A DNA stretch of 62,277 nucleotides, counting the filler. It is 4 parts of 4 records of this genome, joined end to end, with 100 filler letters (N's around TTAATTAATTAA, not from the genome) between each part and the next. Parts side by side here need not be neighbours in the genome. Positions count along the whole stretch, not along the records: positions 38,177 to 45,744 come from DRR378314_1967; positions 45,845 to 62,277 come from DRR378314_1968; 2 more parts are not named here. One strand, 5' to 3'. Position 1 is the first letter of the stretch; every line of letters starts with the position of its first letter. The position numbers were made by a program, and so were the translations under genes. The notes beneath the pieces are model-generated. The model saw only the letters and a list, made by a program, of their open reading frames with translations. It did not search any database and was not told the DNA's origin. This document shows, in pieces, positions 44,551-56,186 of the stretch.

Positions 44551-45576
44551 TCAGCGTCTTTTCAGCGTATCGCCGTATGAAATCGTCGGCGTCAGCGTCA
44601 CATGCTTCTCAAGCTCCACATCCGGATCTTCGAGTTGCGCCGCGATGATCTGCGCGGCCTTCATGCCGATTTCCTGACGGCACGCATCCATCGTAGCCAG
44701 CTGACGCGGCAAACCCGCTAGCAATTCGACCCCGTTAAAGCCTGCGAGCCCAATCTGGCCAGGCACGTCGATCCCCTGATCTATCAAGGACAACAGCCCG
44801 CCGGCGCCGATCATGTCATTGGAATAATAAAGAAAATCGAGTTCAGGCGAGCGTTCAAGCATCGCCTGCGTCATTTCACGCCCCTTCGCAAGCGCTGAAC
44901 CGCCAGAGTAAAACTCGCGATCCTCGATCTCAATACCCTCTTTCGCCAGCGCTTCGGTGAACCCTTCGAACCGTTTGCGGGCGCGATGGTCCAGCGGCAT
45001 TTTGGTCCCCATGAAGCCGATATGGCGGTACCCCGCCTTGAGGATCGCCTTGGCCATCTCTCGCCCTGCACGACGATGGGAAATCCCGACCATGGAATCC
45101 ACAGGGTTCCCGTCCGTATCCATGATCTCGACCACGGGGATGCCAGCAGCCGCCAGCATCGCGCGCGCTGGATCTGTATGCTCCAAACCTGCGATGATCA
45201 CACCGGAGGGCCGCCAGGACAGCATCTCGTAGAGGACTTTTTCCTCTTTCTCCGGCTGATAGTCAGTGACACCGACCACGGGCTGTAACTCGGTATCCTC
45301 CAGCACTCGGTTGATACCGGTCAGGACCTCCGGAAAGACCATGTTGGACAGCGAAGGAATGATCACGGCCACCAGGTTCACCCGCTTGGAGGCCAGAGCG
45401 CCGGCGATCTTGTTGGGAACGTAGCCAAGTTCCTTTGCGGCAAGCAACACTTTCTGACGGGTCTTCTCTGACACGTCCCCCCGGTTGCGAAGTACACGGC
45501 TGACGGTCATTTCCGACACACCGGTGGCATCGGAAACATCGCGCAGCGTCAGCGGACGCTTGGAGTCGTTGGTCAC
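44551..45576 (-). CDS. LacI-family transcriptional regulator (probable GTG start at 45576)
   Basis: HTH TLRDVSDATGVSEMTVSRVLR, hinge LGYVPNKIAGAL, and a sugar-binding domain with NDMIGAG and GFNG. Confidence 0.92.
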   Translation of the reverse strand: MTNDSKRPLTLRDVSDATGVSEMTVSRVLRNRGDVSEKTRQKVLLAAKELGYVPNKIAGALASKRVNLVAVIIPSLSNMVFPEVLTGINRVLEDTELQPVVGVTDYQPEKEEKVLYEMLSWRPSGVIIAGLEHTDPARAMLAAAGIPVVEIMDTDGNPVDSMVGISHRRAGREMAKAILKAGYRHIGFMGTKMPLDHRARKRFEGFTEALAKEGIEIEDREFYSGGSALAKGREMTQAMLERSPELDFLYYSNDMIGAGGLLSLIDQGIDVPGQIGLAGFNGVELLAGLPRQLATMDACRQEIGMKAAQIIAAQLEDPDVELEKHVTLTPTISYGDTLKRR

Positions 45577-45698
45577 GTGCTTGGCCTCTTTGCTTTGTTG
45601 CGTCGAGGTTAGCCAGTCCCGCAGAGGGACACAATGGCTCTTGCGTGCCCGCACAGCGCTTGTGGTAGCAAAGGCTATTTGCTATCGCCTGCACAAAT

Positions 45699-45744
45699 GG
45701 CCCCGTGGCTCAATTGGATAGAGCAGCCCCCTCCTAAGGGGCAG
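45699..45744 (+). tRNA. tRNA-Arg(CCT), 5' portion only (truncated at contig end)
   Basis: GGCCCCG-TG-GCTCAATTGGATAGAGC (D arm), then GCCCC-CT-CCT-AA-GGGGC (anticodon arm). Confidence 0.9.
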
Positions 45745-45844
45745 NNNNNNNNNNNNNNNNNNNNNNNNNNNNNNNNNNNNNNNNNNNNTTAATTAATTAA
45801 NNNNNNNNNNNNNNNNNNNNNNNNNNNNNNNNNNNNNNNNNNNN
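45745..45844. other. Artificial contig spacer (alphaproteobacterium / Bacteroidota boundary)
   Basis: N44-TTAATTAATTAA-N44; GC content drops sharply after it. Confidence 0.99.
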
Positions 45845-47276
45845 CCATATCTGCCGCCTTTCCTCTTCCAAATAAGAACTTCCAAGATTGTAATCCATAG
45901 TAAGACCAAGAAATCATTGTTGAAACTGCAAATAACACAACTGCTACTGTTAAGAATACATTAGAATAAGGAATGTATTCTGCAAACGCTTTAGATGTAA
46001 TTCCAGCTCCTTCATAAGCAACTCCGTCTATCATAACAGCTCCTGCTCCATCACCACCATATTGGAAAACTGTAGCTCCAGAAGCATCTCCTCCAAAGTT
46101 AAATATAATAATTACTAAGGCAGTCATAGTACAAATTACAACCGTATCAATAAATGGTTCTAATAGCGCTACCAATCCTTCAGAAGCAGAATATTTTGTT
46201 TTCACAGCTGAATGCGCAATAGATGCTGAACCTGCTCCAGCCTCATTAGAAAATGCTGCCCTTTTAAATCCAACTAATAATACTCCAATAAATCCACCAA
46301 CACCAATAGCTGTAGGATTAAAAGCTTCTCTAAAAATCAAAGAGAATGCATCATCAATTAAAGAAAAGTTAGCACCTAAAATATAAATACAAGCTAGTAA
46401 GTACATTACCGCCATTAATGGAACCACTTTTTCAGTAACCTGAGCAATTCTCTTAATTCCACCAATGATAATAATACCAACTACAATAGCCATAACAACA
46501 CCGATCCAGAATCCTGCACCAGTACTTTCAAAGCCCATTAATTCTTTTAACACAACAGTTGCTTGGTTAGATTGTGCTGCATTACCTCCACCAAAAGATC
46601 CTCCAATACAAAATATTGCAAAAATTACAGCTGCAATTTTTCCTAGTATTTCAAAACCTCTTTCTTTTAATCCTTTACTTATGTAATACATTGGCCCTCC
46701 ATAAACAGTACCATCTTCTCCAACATCTCTATACTGAACTCCTAATGTACACTCTACAAATTTTGTAGACATACCTAATAAACCACAAATCACCATCCAA
46801 AACGTAGCTCCAGGTCCTCCAAGTGCAATTGCCAAAGCAACACCTGCAATGTTTCCGTTACCAACAGTACCAGAAACGGCAGTTGCTAATGCCTGGAAGT
46901 GAGTAACCTCTCCTTCTTCACTCTCATCCTTGATAGTACCTTTAATATCTCCTCCAACAGCTAATTCTTCATTACCAGCAGAATGATGATCTAACTCATC
47001 ATATTTCCCTCTAACTACATTAATTGCAGTTTTAAAATGAAAAATATTAGGAAACTTAAAATAGATAGTGAAAAATGCCGCACTTGCTACTAATAAAAGA
47101 AGTACAAATGGTATCTCTACTGTTTCACTTTTGTAAATTGGAAAGAAAATAATGCTGCTAAAAAAGTCAGAAACTGGCTTAAATGCCTCGTCAATTTTTT
47201 GATCTAACCCTTTTTCTTGAGCAAATGTTAACATCGGAATTGCTAAAAAAAGCAATGATAGAAGTTTTTTCTTCAT
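45845..47276 (-). CDS. Alanine/glycine:cation symporter (AGCS/AlsT), 3' truncated
   Basis: Motifs HFQALATAVSGTVGNGNIAGVA...GGPGA.FWM, GGPMYY, RAAFSNEAGAGS and EPFIDT. Confidence 0.95.
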
Positions 47277-47364
47277 AATAAATATGTTAGTTTTTTAAAT
47301 TTAGTTGACCGCAATATCATAAAAAATTGAGCTTTTGGCAACTTTTGAGAGTTAAAAATGAATT

Positions 47365-48267
47365 TTACATCAACTTTAGCTTAAATCTTTGTAAATCTTC
47401 TTTAAATGTTTTTGGATTAAAAGATAAATCTCTTTTTATTTTTGTTAAATCAAACCCTGTTCTAACTGGTCTTGGAGCAGTTTGGTTTAAAGTTGATGTT
47501 GATATTGGCTTGATTAAACTTTTATCTAATTGAAAAGTAATTGCTATTTCATTAGCAATTTCATAAATACTTAACAATTCACTACTTGACACATGATAAA
47601 CTCCTTTGGCTTTCTTATCAATAGATAATTTACATGCTAACGCCAAATCTTCTACATACGTTGGAGTTCTAAATTGATCATCTACTATGGTTATTTCCTT
47701 TTTGTTTTCTAAAGATTCTTTAACCCATAATACAATATTACTTCTACTCATATCATTAACCAACCCATAGACTAAGATAGTCCTTAAAATTGTAAAATCT
47801 AAAGTTGAGTTTTGTAGAATTTTTTCTGATAATAATTTTGTTTCACCATAATAACTCAAAGGGTTTGGCTTATCCTCTTCTGTATAATTCCCTTTTACGC
47901 CATCAAAAATAAAGTCTGTAGACAAATGAATTAAATGTGTTTTATTCTCAACACAATAATCTGTCAAATTTTTAACTAAGTTTACATTTAAATTATAACA
48001 AGATTCCCGATTATTTTCACAAGCATCAACATTAGTCATTGCTGCTGTATTAATAATAAAATCTGGTTGAGCCTTAACTAATTCAGAAGACAACAAATCT
48101 TCATGTGTGATATCTATATTTACATATTCGAAATCAGTTCTCCCACTTCTATTTTCCCCTATAGAAAATCCAAAAATTTGATACTTCTCTTTTTCTTTTA
48201 GTAAAAGCTCTAATAAATTTTGCCCTAGCAACCCATTACTTCCAGTGATTACAACTTTTGTTTGCAT
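47365..48267 (-). CDS. RfbD/RmlD-like extended SDR (dTDP-4-dehydrorhamnose reductase family)
   Basis: Motifs ITGSNGLLG, NTAAMTNVDACE, STDFIFDG, YYGETK and DQFRTPT. Confidence 0.9.
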   Translation of the reverse strand: MQTKVVITGSNGLLGQNLLELLLKEKEKYQIFGFSIGENRSGRTDFEYVNIDITHEDLLSSELVKAQPDFIINTAAMTNVDACENNRESCYNLNVNLVKNLTDYCVENKTHLIHLSTDFIFDGVKGNYTEEDKPNPLSYYGETKLLSEKILQNSTLDFTILRTILVYGLVNDMSRSNIVLWVKESLENKKEITIVDDQFRTPTYVEDLALACKLSIDKKAKGVYHVSSSELLSIYEIANEIAITFQLDKSLIKPISTSTLNQTAPRPVRTGFDLTKIKRDLSFNPKTFKEDLQRFKLKLM

Positions 48268-49265
48268 TAAAATAATTTTCTCAGTTTTACTATTTGCTCT
48301 GGCCTTCCTAAAACGATTAAACTTGTATCTGTTACTAAAGTTATAGAAGCTTCTGGGTTAATTACATAACTTCCATCAGATGCTTTAAATCCAATTACTG
48401 TGCAACCTGTTTTTTTACGCAAGTCTAAATCTAAAATGGTTTTTCCTAAATATTCTTTAGGTAAATCGTTTACATCTACCTCTTCTAAATTTGCTGTTGT
48501 TTCTCCTTCAATAGTTAATCTATCAACAAACTCTAAAACATCTGGAGTAACTACTAGTGAGGCCATATGTGCTCCCCCTAACTTGTCTGGCATTATCACA
48601 TTATCAGCACCTGCAATTTTTAATTTATTATAAGAAGACTCATTAGAAGCTCTACTAATAATTCTACATTTTTTATTTAATTGATGAGCACTTAAAACGA
48701 CAAATAAATTATCTGCATCAGAAGGTAGTGCTGTAATTAAATTACTAACTTTTTCTATCCCTGCTTTCATTAATACTTCATCTGTGGTAGCATCACCTTC
48801 AACATACAACACTCCTTCTTCATCTAAAGTTTCTATAAGATCTTTGTTTTTTTCTATGACAACAAATTCTTTTTGATAGTTTTTTAGTTTAATTATAGCT
48901 TGCATACCATTTCTACCATAACCGCAAACAATGGTATGGTTTTTTAATTTATCTATTCTTTGCTGCACTCTCTTTAGTTTTAATTGTTTAAAAAAGACTC
49001 CACTTGCCAATGCTTCAGTAAAAGCTGAAACTGCATATCCAAATAAAGAAATACTTGTTAGTATTAAAAATATAGTAAATATTTTTTCATCATTACCCAT
49101 TGGATGTAGCTCTCTAAAACCAACAGTAGAAATTGTAATTACCGTCATATAAACAGCATCTACAAAATTAAACCCAGATAAAATCATATAACCCACAACA
49201 CCAATAGCAATTATTGATATTAGGAAAAATAAGGCTTTATGAAATTTTGATTTAAACTTTATCAT
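48267..49265 (-). CDS. Potassium channel with TrkA-N and TrkA-C (RCK) domains
   Basis: Pore signature TISTVGF, plus VCGYGRNG, GDAT and AGADNVI.P. Confidence 0.93.
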   Translation of the reverse strand: MIKFKSKFHKALFFLISIIAIGVVGYMILSGFNFVDAVYMTVITISTVGFRELHPMGNDEKIFTIFLILTSISLFGYAVSAFTEALASGVFFKQLKLKRVQQRIDKLKNHTIVCGYGRNGMQAIIKLKNYQKEFVVIEKNKDLIETLDEEGVLYVEGDATTDEVLMKAGIEKVSNLITALPSDADNLFVVLSAHQLNKKCRIISRASNESSYNKLKIAGADNVIMPDKLGGAHMASLVVTPDVLEFVDRLTIEGETTANLEEVDVNDLPKEYLGKTILDLDLRKKTGCTVIGFKASDGSYVINPEASITLVTDTSLIVLGRPEQIVKLRKLF

Positions 49266-49492
49266 TACAAATCGAAAACAGAACTACGTTTTGTATAAAT
49301 CATATCTTTTAAACGCAAAACAAATGCCAATGTTAAATACAAACCAAAAGACAATCCGATAGTAACAAAAGAAATGTAAATAAAGAATAACCTTACATTT
49401 AATGCACGCATTCCTAATCGATCTGCAAGTCTTGAAGAAACTGCAAAACCATGACGCTCAAAATAATGCCTTACCGAATGTACAAAGTTCAT
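49265..49492 (-). CDS. PspC-domain small membrane protein
   Basis: FERHGFAVSSRLADRLG...RLFFIYISF...YLTLAF, typical of the Flavobacteriaceae PspC family. Confidence 0.8.
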   Translation of the reverse strand: MNFVHSVRHYFERHGFAVSSRLADRLGMRALNVRLFFIYISFVTIGLSFGLYLTLAFVLRLKDMIYTKRSSVFDL

Positions 49493-49572
49493 TTTAGAAA
49501 TTTATTAAATGCAAGATAGCACTTTAAGATGAATTGCTCTTTGGATTTTGATAAAAAATAAATTGGTTTGTG

Positions 49573-49580
49573 TAACTTTG
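49573..49580 (+). promoter_or_regulatory. Bacteroidota -7 promoter element (TAnnTTTG) for uvrA
   Basis: TAACTTTG about 22 bp before the TTG start. Confidence 0.7.
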
Positions 49581-49602
49581 CTTTTTTCATAAAATTCCTA
49601 CT

Positions 49603-52425
49603 TTGAAACAACAAGAATACATAGAAGTTTTTGGAGCAAGAGCTCATAATTTAAAGAATATTGATGTTAAAATTCCACGTGAAAAACTTGTTGTAATTAC
49701 AGGTTTGAGCGGAAGCGGGAAATCTTCTTTAGCTTTTGACACTATTTATGCTGAAGGACAACGTAGATATATAGAAACATTCTCTGCTTACGCTAGGCAG
49801 TTTCTTGGAGGATTAGAAAGACCTGATGTTGATAAAATAGATGGACTTTCACCTGTGATTTCAATTGAACAAAAGACCACAAATAAAAGTCCAAGATCTA
49901 CCGTAGGAACCATTACTGAAATCTATGATTTTTTAAGGTTATTTTTTGCAAGAGCAGCTGATGCATATTCTTACAATACAAACGAAAAAATGATAAGTTA
50001 TTCTGATGAAAAAATTAAAGAATTGATTTTATCAGAATTTAAGGATAAAAAAATCGCTGTTTTAGCTCCATTAATTAAGTCTAGAAAAGGACACTATAGA
50101 GAATTATTTGAACAAATATCTAAACAAGGTTTTGTAAGAGCAAGAGTAGATGGTCAAATAGTAGAGATTGAAAAAGGCTTGCGATTAGATAGATATAAAA
50201 CACATGACATTGAAGTTGTAATTGATAGGATTATAGTAAATAACTCTGTTGAAAAAAGACTAGAAGAAACTATAAAAACCGCTCTTTATACAGGTAATAA
50301 TATTTTAATGGTAATTGATTTAGAAACCAATATACCAAGGTACTTTAGTAGAGACTTAATGTGTCCTACTTCTGGAATTGCCTATCCTAATCCAGAACCA
50401 AATACATTCTCTTTTAACTCACCAAAAGGAGCCTGCTCTTCTTGTAATGGTTTAGGAATCACTAATGAAGTAAATTTAAACAAAGTAATTCCTGACAACA
50501 CCATTTCTATTAAAAATGGTGGAATAACCCCTCTAGGAGAACAGAAAAATAGTTGGATTTTTAAGCAACTAGAATTAATAGCAGAACGCTACAACTTTAA
50601 ACTCAATGAATCTATAAGTAAAATACCTAAAGAAGCTTTAGAAATCATTTTATACGGAGGGAACGAGAAGTTTAAAATCACCTCTAAAACAGCAGGTGTT
50701 ACTCATAATTACGAAATTGATTTTGAAGGAATTATAGCTTTCATTAACAATCAATTTAAAAATAGCGAATCTACTTCAATTAAAAGATGGGCAAAAGATT
50801 TTATGGATGAAGTCTCATGTTCATCTTGCAAAGGAAATAGACTAAAAAAAGAAGCTCTTCATTTTAAAATCCAAGATAAGAATATCAGCGATTTAGCAAA
50901 AATGGATGTTACAGAATTAGCGCATTGGTTTGAAGTCATTGAAAGCAAACTATCAGACAAACAAATCATTATAGCTTCTGAAATATTAAAAGAAATCAAA
51001 ACTAGAATTCAATTTTTATTAGACGTTGGATTAGATTATTTAAACTTAGATAGAACTTCAAAATCATTATCTGGAGGAGAAGCTCAACGTATTCGTTTAG
51101 CTACTCAAATAGGATCTCAATTAGTTGGCGTTTTATATATTTTAGACGAACCAAGCATTGGGCTTCATCAACGAGACAATCAAAAGCTAATTGATTCTTT
51201 AGTAAAATTAAGAGATATAGGAAATTCTGTTTTAGTAGTTGAGCATGATAAAGACATGATAGAACATGCAGATTTTATTTTTGATATAGGTCCAGGAGCT
51301 GGAAGACATGGTGGAGAAATTGTTAGTGAAGGTACCATTGAAGAATTAAAACAGCACAATACATTAACTGCAGATTATATTACTGGAAAAAAAGAAATTA
51401 CCATTCCGTCTAAAAGAAGAAAAGGAAATGGAAAAACTATTAAATTAAATGGAGCTACAGGAAATAATTTAAAAAATGTATCTGTAGAATTTCCTTTGGG
51501 AAAAATGATTTGTGTAACTGGTGTTTCTGGAAGTGGTAAATCTACACTAATTAATGAAACACTTTACCCAATATTAAACGCACATATATATCGCGGGGTA
51601 AAAAAACCCATGCCTTACAAAAGCGTTAAAGGCCTAGAGCACATTGATAAAGTCATAGATATAGATCAATCTCCGATTGGAAGAACACCTAGATCTAACC
51701 CCGCTACTTACACAGGTGTTTTTAGTGAAATAAGAAGTTTATTTGCGCATACTCCAGAAGCAGCAATAAGAGGTTATAAACCTGGTCGTTTTTCATTTAA
51801 TGTAAAAGGTGGAAGATGTGAAACTTGTCAAGGTGGAGGAGTTCGAGTTATTGAAATGAATTTCTTACCAGATGTACATGTAGAGTGCGAAACATGTCAA
51901 GGAAAACGTTTTAACAGAGAAACTCTTGAGATTAGATATAAAGGAAAATCTATTGCTGACATATTAGCAATGACTATTAACGAAGCAGTAATTTTCTTTG
52001 AGAAAGTTCCAAAAATTCATCGTAAAATTAAAACAATTAAAGATGTTGGGCTTGGTTACATAACTCTTGGTCAACAATCTACTACTCTTTCTGGAGGTGA
52101 AGCTCAACGTATTAAGTTAGCTTCAGAGTTATCGAAAAGAGATACAGGAAACACTTTTTATATCTTAGACGAACCAACTACCGGACTACATTTTGAAGAC
52201 ATTAGAGTATTAATGGATGTGCTAAATAAATTGGCTGATAAAGGAAACACAGTATTAATTATTGAACACAATCTAGATGTTGTTAAACTAGCAGATTACA
52301 TTATAGATATTGGTTTAGAAGGAGGGAAAAATGGAGGGAATATTCTTTGTAAAGGAACTCCTGAAGAAATTTCTAAACATCCTAAAAGTTATACCGCAAA
52401 ATTCTTGAAAAAAGAACTATCTTAG
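49603..52425 (+). CDS. uvrA: Excinuclease ABC subunit A
   Basis: Two ABC cassettes ([27 protein letters not shown]) and zinc fingers. Confidence 0.98.
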   Translation: MKQQEYIEVFGARAHNLKNIDVKIPREKLVVITGLSGSGKSSLAFDTIYAEGQRRYIETFSAYARQFLGGLERPDVDKIDGLSPVISIEQKTTNKSPRSTVGTITEIYDFLRLFFARAADAYSYNTNEKMISYSDEKIKELILSEFKDKKIAVLAPLIKSRKGHYRELFEQISKQGFVRARVDGQIVEIEKGLRLDRYKTHDIEVVIDRIIVNNSVEKRLEETIKTALYTGNNILMVIDLETNIPRYFSRDLMCPTSGIAYPNPEPNTFSFNSPKGACSSCNGLGITNEVNLNKVIPDNTISIKNGGITPLGEQKNSWIFKQLELIAERYNFKLNESISKIPKEALEIILYGGNEKFKITSKTAGVTHNYEIDFEGIIAFINNQFKNSESTSIKRWAKDFMDEVSCSSCKGNRLKKEALHFKIQDKNISDLAKMDVTELAHWFEVIESKLSDKQIIIASEILKEIKTRIQFLLDVGLDYLNLDRTSKSLSGGEAQRIRLATQIGSQLVGVLYILDEPSIGLHQRDNQKLIDSLVKLRDIGNSVLVVEHDKDMIEHADFIFDIGPGAGRHGGEIVSEGTIEELKQHNTLTADYITGKKEITIPSKRRKGNGKTIKLNGATGNNLKNVSVEFPLGKMICVTGVSGSGKSTLINETLYPILNAHIYRGVKKPMPYKSVKGLEHIDKVIDIDQSPIGRTPRSNPATYTGVFSEIRSLFAHTPEAAIRGYKPGRFSFNVKGGRCETCQGGGVRVIEMNFLPDVHVECETCQGKRFNRETLEIRYKGKSIADILAMTINEAVIFFEKVPKIHRKIKTIKDVGLGYITLGQQSTTLSGGEAQRIKLASELSKRDTGNTFYILDEPTTGLHFEDIRVLMDVLNKLADKGNTVLIIEHNLDVVKLADYIIDIGLEGGKNGGNILCKGTPEEISKHPKSYTAKFLKKELS

Positions 52426-52488
52426 CACGTTTGCCAAAAAAATATTTATGGCATATTTACGTTAATATATTAAAATTTTAGAGCGATT

Positions 52489-53199
52489 ATGAATCCGAAT
52501 GAAGACAGAAGAATTAGAGAGAAATTAGAACAGAAAACTTGGAATCAAATTAAAACAAACGACTCTTGGGCAATTTTTAAAATTATGTCTGAGTTTGTTG
52601 AAGGATATGAGAAGTTAAGTAAAATTGGTCCCTGTGTATCAATTTTTGGATCTGCAAGAACTAAACCAGATCATGAATACTACAAGCTTTCTGAAGAAGT
52701 TGCATACAAATTAACTCAAAATGGATTTGGAGTAATTACAGGTGGTGGACCAGGAATAATGGAAGCAGGTAATAAAGGTGCACATAGAGGAAAAGGAACT
52801 TCAGTTGGCTTAAACATTGAGTTGCCATTTGAGCAACATTACAATCCTTGGATTGATAGTGATAAAAACTTAGAATTTGATTATTTCTTTGTTAGAAAAG
52901 TAATGTTTGTTAAATACTCACAAGGTTTTGTAGTAATGCCAGGTGGATTTGGAACTCTTGATGAATTGTTTGAAGCCATTACACTAATACAAACTAATAA
53001 AATTGGAAGATTCCCAATTGTTTTAGTTGGAAGAAAATTTTGGGGAGGTTTATTAGACTGGATCAAAAACACTCTAATTGAAGAAGGAAATATTAGTCCA
53101 GAAGATTTAAATTTATTTAGAATTGTTGATACTGCTGATGAAGCTATTGAACACTTAAATAAATTTTATGCTAAGTACAGCCTGAAACCTAACTTTTAA
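52489..53199 (+). CDS. LOG-family (TIGR00730) Rossmann-fold phosphoribohydrolase
   Basis: Motifs FGSAR, TGGGPGIMEA, FFVRK and PGGFGTLDELFE. Confidence 0.93.
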   Translation: MNPNEDRRIREKLEQKTWNQIKTNDSWAIFKIMSEFVEGYEKLSKIGPCVSIFGSARTKPDHEYYKLSEEVAYKLTQNGFGVITGGGPGIMEAGNKGAHRGKGTSVGLNIELPFEQHYNPWIDSDKNLEFDYFFVRKVMFVKYSQGFVVMPGGFGTLDELFEAITLIQTNKIGRFPIVLVGRKFWGGLLDWIKNTLIEEGNISPEDLNLFRIVDTADEAIEHLNKFYAKYSLKPNF

Positions 53200-53206
53200 C
53201 ATTAAC

Positions 53207-53234
53207 ATACCTGTTACAATTGTAGCAGGTGTAT
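53207..53234 (+). terminator. Putative intrinsic terminator after the LOG gene
   Basis: tacctgttaca-at-tgtagcaggtgta hairpin followed by a T-rich tract. Confidence 0.5.
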
Positions 53235-53250
53235 TATTTTTTTTACAAAT

Positions 53251-56049
53251 TTGAAACTTAAACTTTTCACCTTTTTTACTTTAGCTTTTTTTTCAGTTGG
53301 AATTTTTGCGCAAAAAAATACAATAAAAATAAATGCAGAATTAGATGTAAAAAATGATCTTATTAAGATTCAACAAGAAATTATTTTCCATAACAATTCT
53401 AAGGATAATTTAAAAGAAATTTATTTTCATAATTGGCCAAATAGTTTTAAATCTAAAAACACTCCCCTAACAAAAAGACTTATTGAAAACTTTAATAAAT
53501 CGCTTTATTTTGCAGATCAAAAAGATAAAGGATATACAAATATATTAAACATAACATCTAACTACAAAGCTGTTAATTTTAGCTCAGAAAAAGATCATGA
53601 AGACATACTAAAAGTTACACTAAACAAAAGCTTAGCTCCAAATGATTCGGTTATTATTAATGCAACCTATACTGTTAAAATACCAAATTCTAAATTTACC
53701 AACTACGGAAAAACCAAATCTGGCTACCATTTAAGGTACTGGTATTTAACACCCGCTGTATACAAAAACAACTGGCAGTTAATGAGTAATTTAAATATCG
53801 ATGATTTATATATAGACATTGCTAACTATAACATTGATTTAAAAGTCACAGACAACTATAACATTGTCAGTAATCTTCAAATATTTAGAACAAATAATCT
53901 ATTCAAAATTTCTGGAATCAGCTCTACAGATGTTATTCTTTGTATCAGTAAAATCAATAATTTTAAAGAATTTCAAACTAAAAACATAGTAGTAAAAACC
54001 GATATCCCTATTAATAAACTTAGCAAGAAACTTACTTCAGATGTTTTAAACAGAGAAATCAATTTTATTGAAAGCTACTTAGGAAAATATCCTTTCAAGG
54101 AACTACTTTTAGATGAAATTTCTCAAAAGAAAAATCCGATTTACGGATTAAATCAACTACCAAGTATTTTAAGTCCATTCTCTGATGTTTTTGAAAGTGA
54201 TTTAACATTATTTAAAGCTATTTCTAAAAAATTCATAGACAATACGCTTTTAATCAACAAGAGAAAAGACTACTGGCTCTCTGATGGAATTCAGATATTT
54301 TTACTCATGGAGTACGTTAAAAAGTACTACCCTGACGTAAAACTTTTAGGAACTATCTCAGATACCTGGTTGTTAAAATCTTTTAATTTATCAAAATTAG
54401 ATTTTAATGATAAGTATCCATTTATATATCAATTTGTGGCTAGAAAATTTTTAGATCAAGCATTAACTACTCACTTAGATTCTTTATCTAATTTTAATAG
54501 AAAAATAGGAAATAAATATAAAGCTGGTTTAGGATTGCAGTATTTAAAAGGATATGTTGGTGATAGTGTTTTAAAATCCTCTTTTAGAGAATACTACAAA
54601 AAACATCAATTGAAAATTAGCAGCAGTAAAGATTTTAACAAAATAATTTCGAGTAAAACTAACAAAGATTTAAAATGGTTTTTTGGTGACTATATTAGTA
54701 CAAATAAAAAAATTGACTACACAATACAAAGTGTTGAATCTAAAAATGACTCCTTGTTAATTACCATAAAAAACAAAAGAAATATAACTGCTCCTGTTGC
54801 TCTTTATGGCGTAAAAAATAAAAAGGTGAAATTTAAAACTTGGATTACCAATGTAGATACCATAAAAAGAGTGAGTATTCCTAAAGGTGATTTTGATAAA
54901 ATCTCTTTAAACTACGAACAGTTATATCCTGAATATAATTCTTTGGATAACTGGAAGAATCTTAATAAAGGAATATTAAACAAACCTTTACAATTAAGAC
55001 CTATAAAAGACATGACTGACCCCTATTATAATCAATTATTTTATCAACCCGTTATTGATTATAATTTTTATGATGGATTAAGTCTAGGTGTAAAACTGCA
55101 CAACAAACCAATAATTCCAAGGAATTTTATTTTTAAAATAACACCTTCATATGCAACAAAAAGTAAAACTTTAACTGGTTCTGCGACTATAATGTATAAT
55201 CAATTTTTTGAAGACACTAAATTTCAAAAAATAGTATATGGTGTTTCTGGAAGCAACTTTCATTATGCTCCAGAACTTTCATACAGCATATTTGCACCTT
55301 ATGTTTCTGCAGTATTTAAAAGAAAAAACTTACGAAATGCAAGTGTAAATTACATAATGGCGAAATATGTAAACGTTAATAAAGAATCTGCACCAAATGT
55401 ATTATCTAAAGAACAAGATAAGTATAAGGTATTTAACTTTAAGTATGTATATGCAAATCCTAACATTATAAAAGGTAGCTCTTATAAATTTAACTTAGAT
55501 GTTGCTTCTAACTTTACTAAGTTATCAGCCGATATTAGATTTAGAACATTAACAGACAATAACAGACAACTAGATTTTAGATTTTTTGGAGGTGTCTTTC
55601 TAAACAATAAAACTACAGGAGATTATTTTAGTTTTGGATTAGATAGACCTTCTGATTATCTTTTTGAACAAGTGTATTTTGGTAGATCTGAAAGCTCAGG
55701 TTTTTTTAGTCAGCAAACCATTATAACAGATGGTGGATTTAAATCTGTATTACCTACAAGATTTGCAAATCAATACATGTTTTCTTTCAATTCTAGTATA
55801 GGACTTTGGAGGTGGATTGAACACTATAACGATGTTGCATTTCTTAAAAACAAAAATCAAGATATTTATTTTGCTTATGAAAATGGTATTCGTTTTAATT
55901 TTGTTCACAACATATTAGAGTTATACTTTCCATTATATTCAAATTTAGGCTGGGAAGTTTCTCAAGAAGCTTACCCTAGTAAAATTCGTTTTGTACTTAC
56001 TTTAAAACCATCCGCTATTTACAACTTTTTTAGAAGAGGCTTTTTATAA
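53251..56049 (+). CDS. Exported M1-aminopeptidase-like (gluzincin-fold) protein lacking HExxH, with C-terminal beta-barrel-like region
   Basis: Signal peptide, N-terminal beta domain (FHNNS...IYFHNWPN), WLSDG and NKYKAG motifs, and aromatic alternating strands in the C-terminal third. Confidence 0.75.
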   Translation: MKLKLFTFFTLAFFSVGIFAQKNTIKINAELDVKNDLIKIQQEIIFHNNSKDNLKEIYFHNWPNSFKSKNTPLTKRLIENFNKSLYFADQKDKGYTNILNITSNYKAVNFSSEKDHEDILKVTLNKSLAPNDSVIINATYTVKIPNSKFTNYGKTKSGYHLRYWYLTPAVYKNNWQLMSNLNIDDLYIDIANYNIDLKVTDNYNIVSNLQIFRTNNLFKISGISSTDVILCISKINNFKEFQTKNIVVKTDIPINKLSKKLTSDVLNREINFIESYLGKYPFKELLLDEISQKKNPIYGLNQLPSILSPFSDVFESDLTLFKAISKKFIDNTLLINKRKDYWLSDGIQIFLLMEYVKKYYPDVKLLGTISDTWLLKSFNLSKLDFNDKYPFIYQFVARKFLDQALTTHLDSLSNFNRKIGNKYKAGLGLQYLKGYVGDSVLKSSFREYYKKHQLKISSSKDFNKIISSKTNKDLKWFFGDYISTNKKIDYTIQSVESKNDSLLITIKNKRNITAPVALYGVKNKKVKFKTWITNVDTIKRVSIPKGDFDKISLNYEQLYPEYNSLDNWKNLNKGILNKPLQLRPIKDMTDPYYNQLFYQPVIDYNFYDGLSLGVKLHNKPIIPRNFIFKITPSYATKSKTLTGSATIMYNQFFEDTKFQKIVYGVSGSNFHYAPELSYSIFAPYVSAVFKRKNLRNASVNYIMAKYVNVNKESAPNVLSKEQDKYKVFNFKYVYANPNIIKGSSYKFNLDVASNFTKLSADIRFRTLTDNNRQLDFRFFGGVFLNNKTTGDYFSFGLDRPSDYLFEQVYFGRSESSGFFSQQTIITDGGFKSVLPTRFANQYMFSFNSSIGLWRWIEHYNDVAFLKNKNQDIYFAYENGIRFNFVHNILELYFPLYSNLGWEVSQEAYPSKIRFVLTLKPSAIYNFFRRGFL

Positions 56050-56152
56050 CAATTCTTTTATTGAATTATTCTCAGTTAATCCCTATTTTTATTGATTTAT
56101 ATTAAATAATTCTCGATAAAATAAATTATTTTTAAATTTCAATCAAAAAACC

Positions 56153-56160
56153 TACCTTTG
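56153..56160 (+). promoter_or_regulatory. Bacteroidota -7 promoter element
   Basis: TACCTTTG upstream of the E1 gene. Confidence 0.7.
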
Positions 56161-56186
56161 CAGAAGAACACAAAAAAACAAAAATT

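Noticed and set aside
38077-45844. Bacterial genes next to eukaryotic genes read as a large horizontal transfer or endosymbiont insertion
   Set aside because: The junctions are identical artificial spacers, and genes are truncated at the contig ends.
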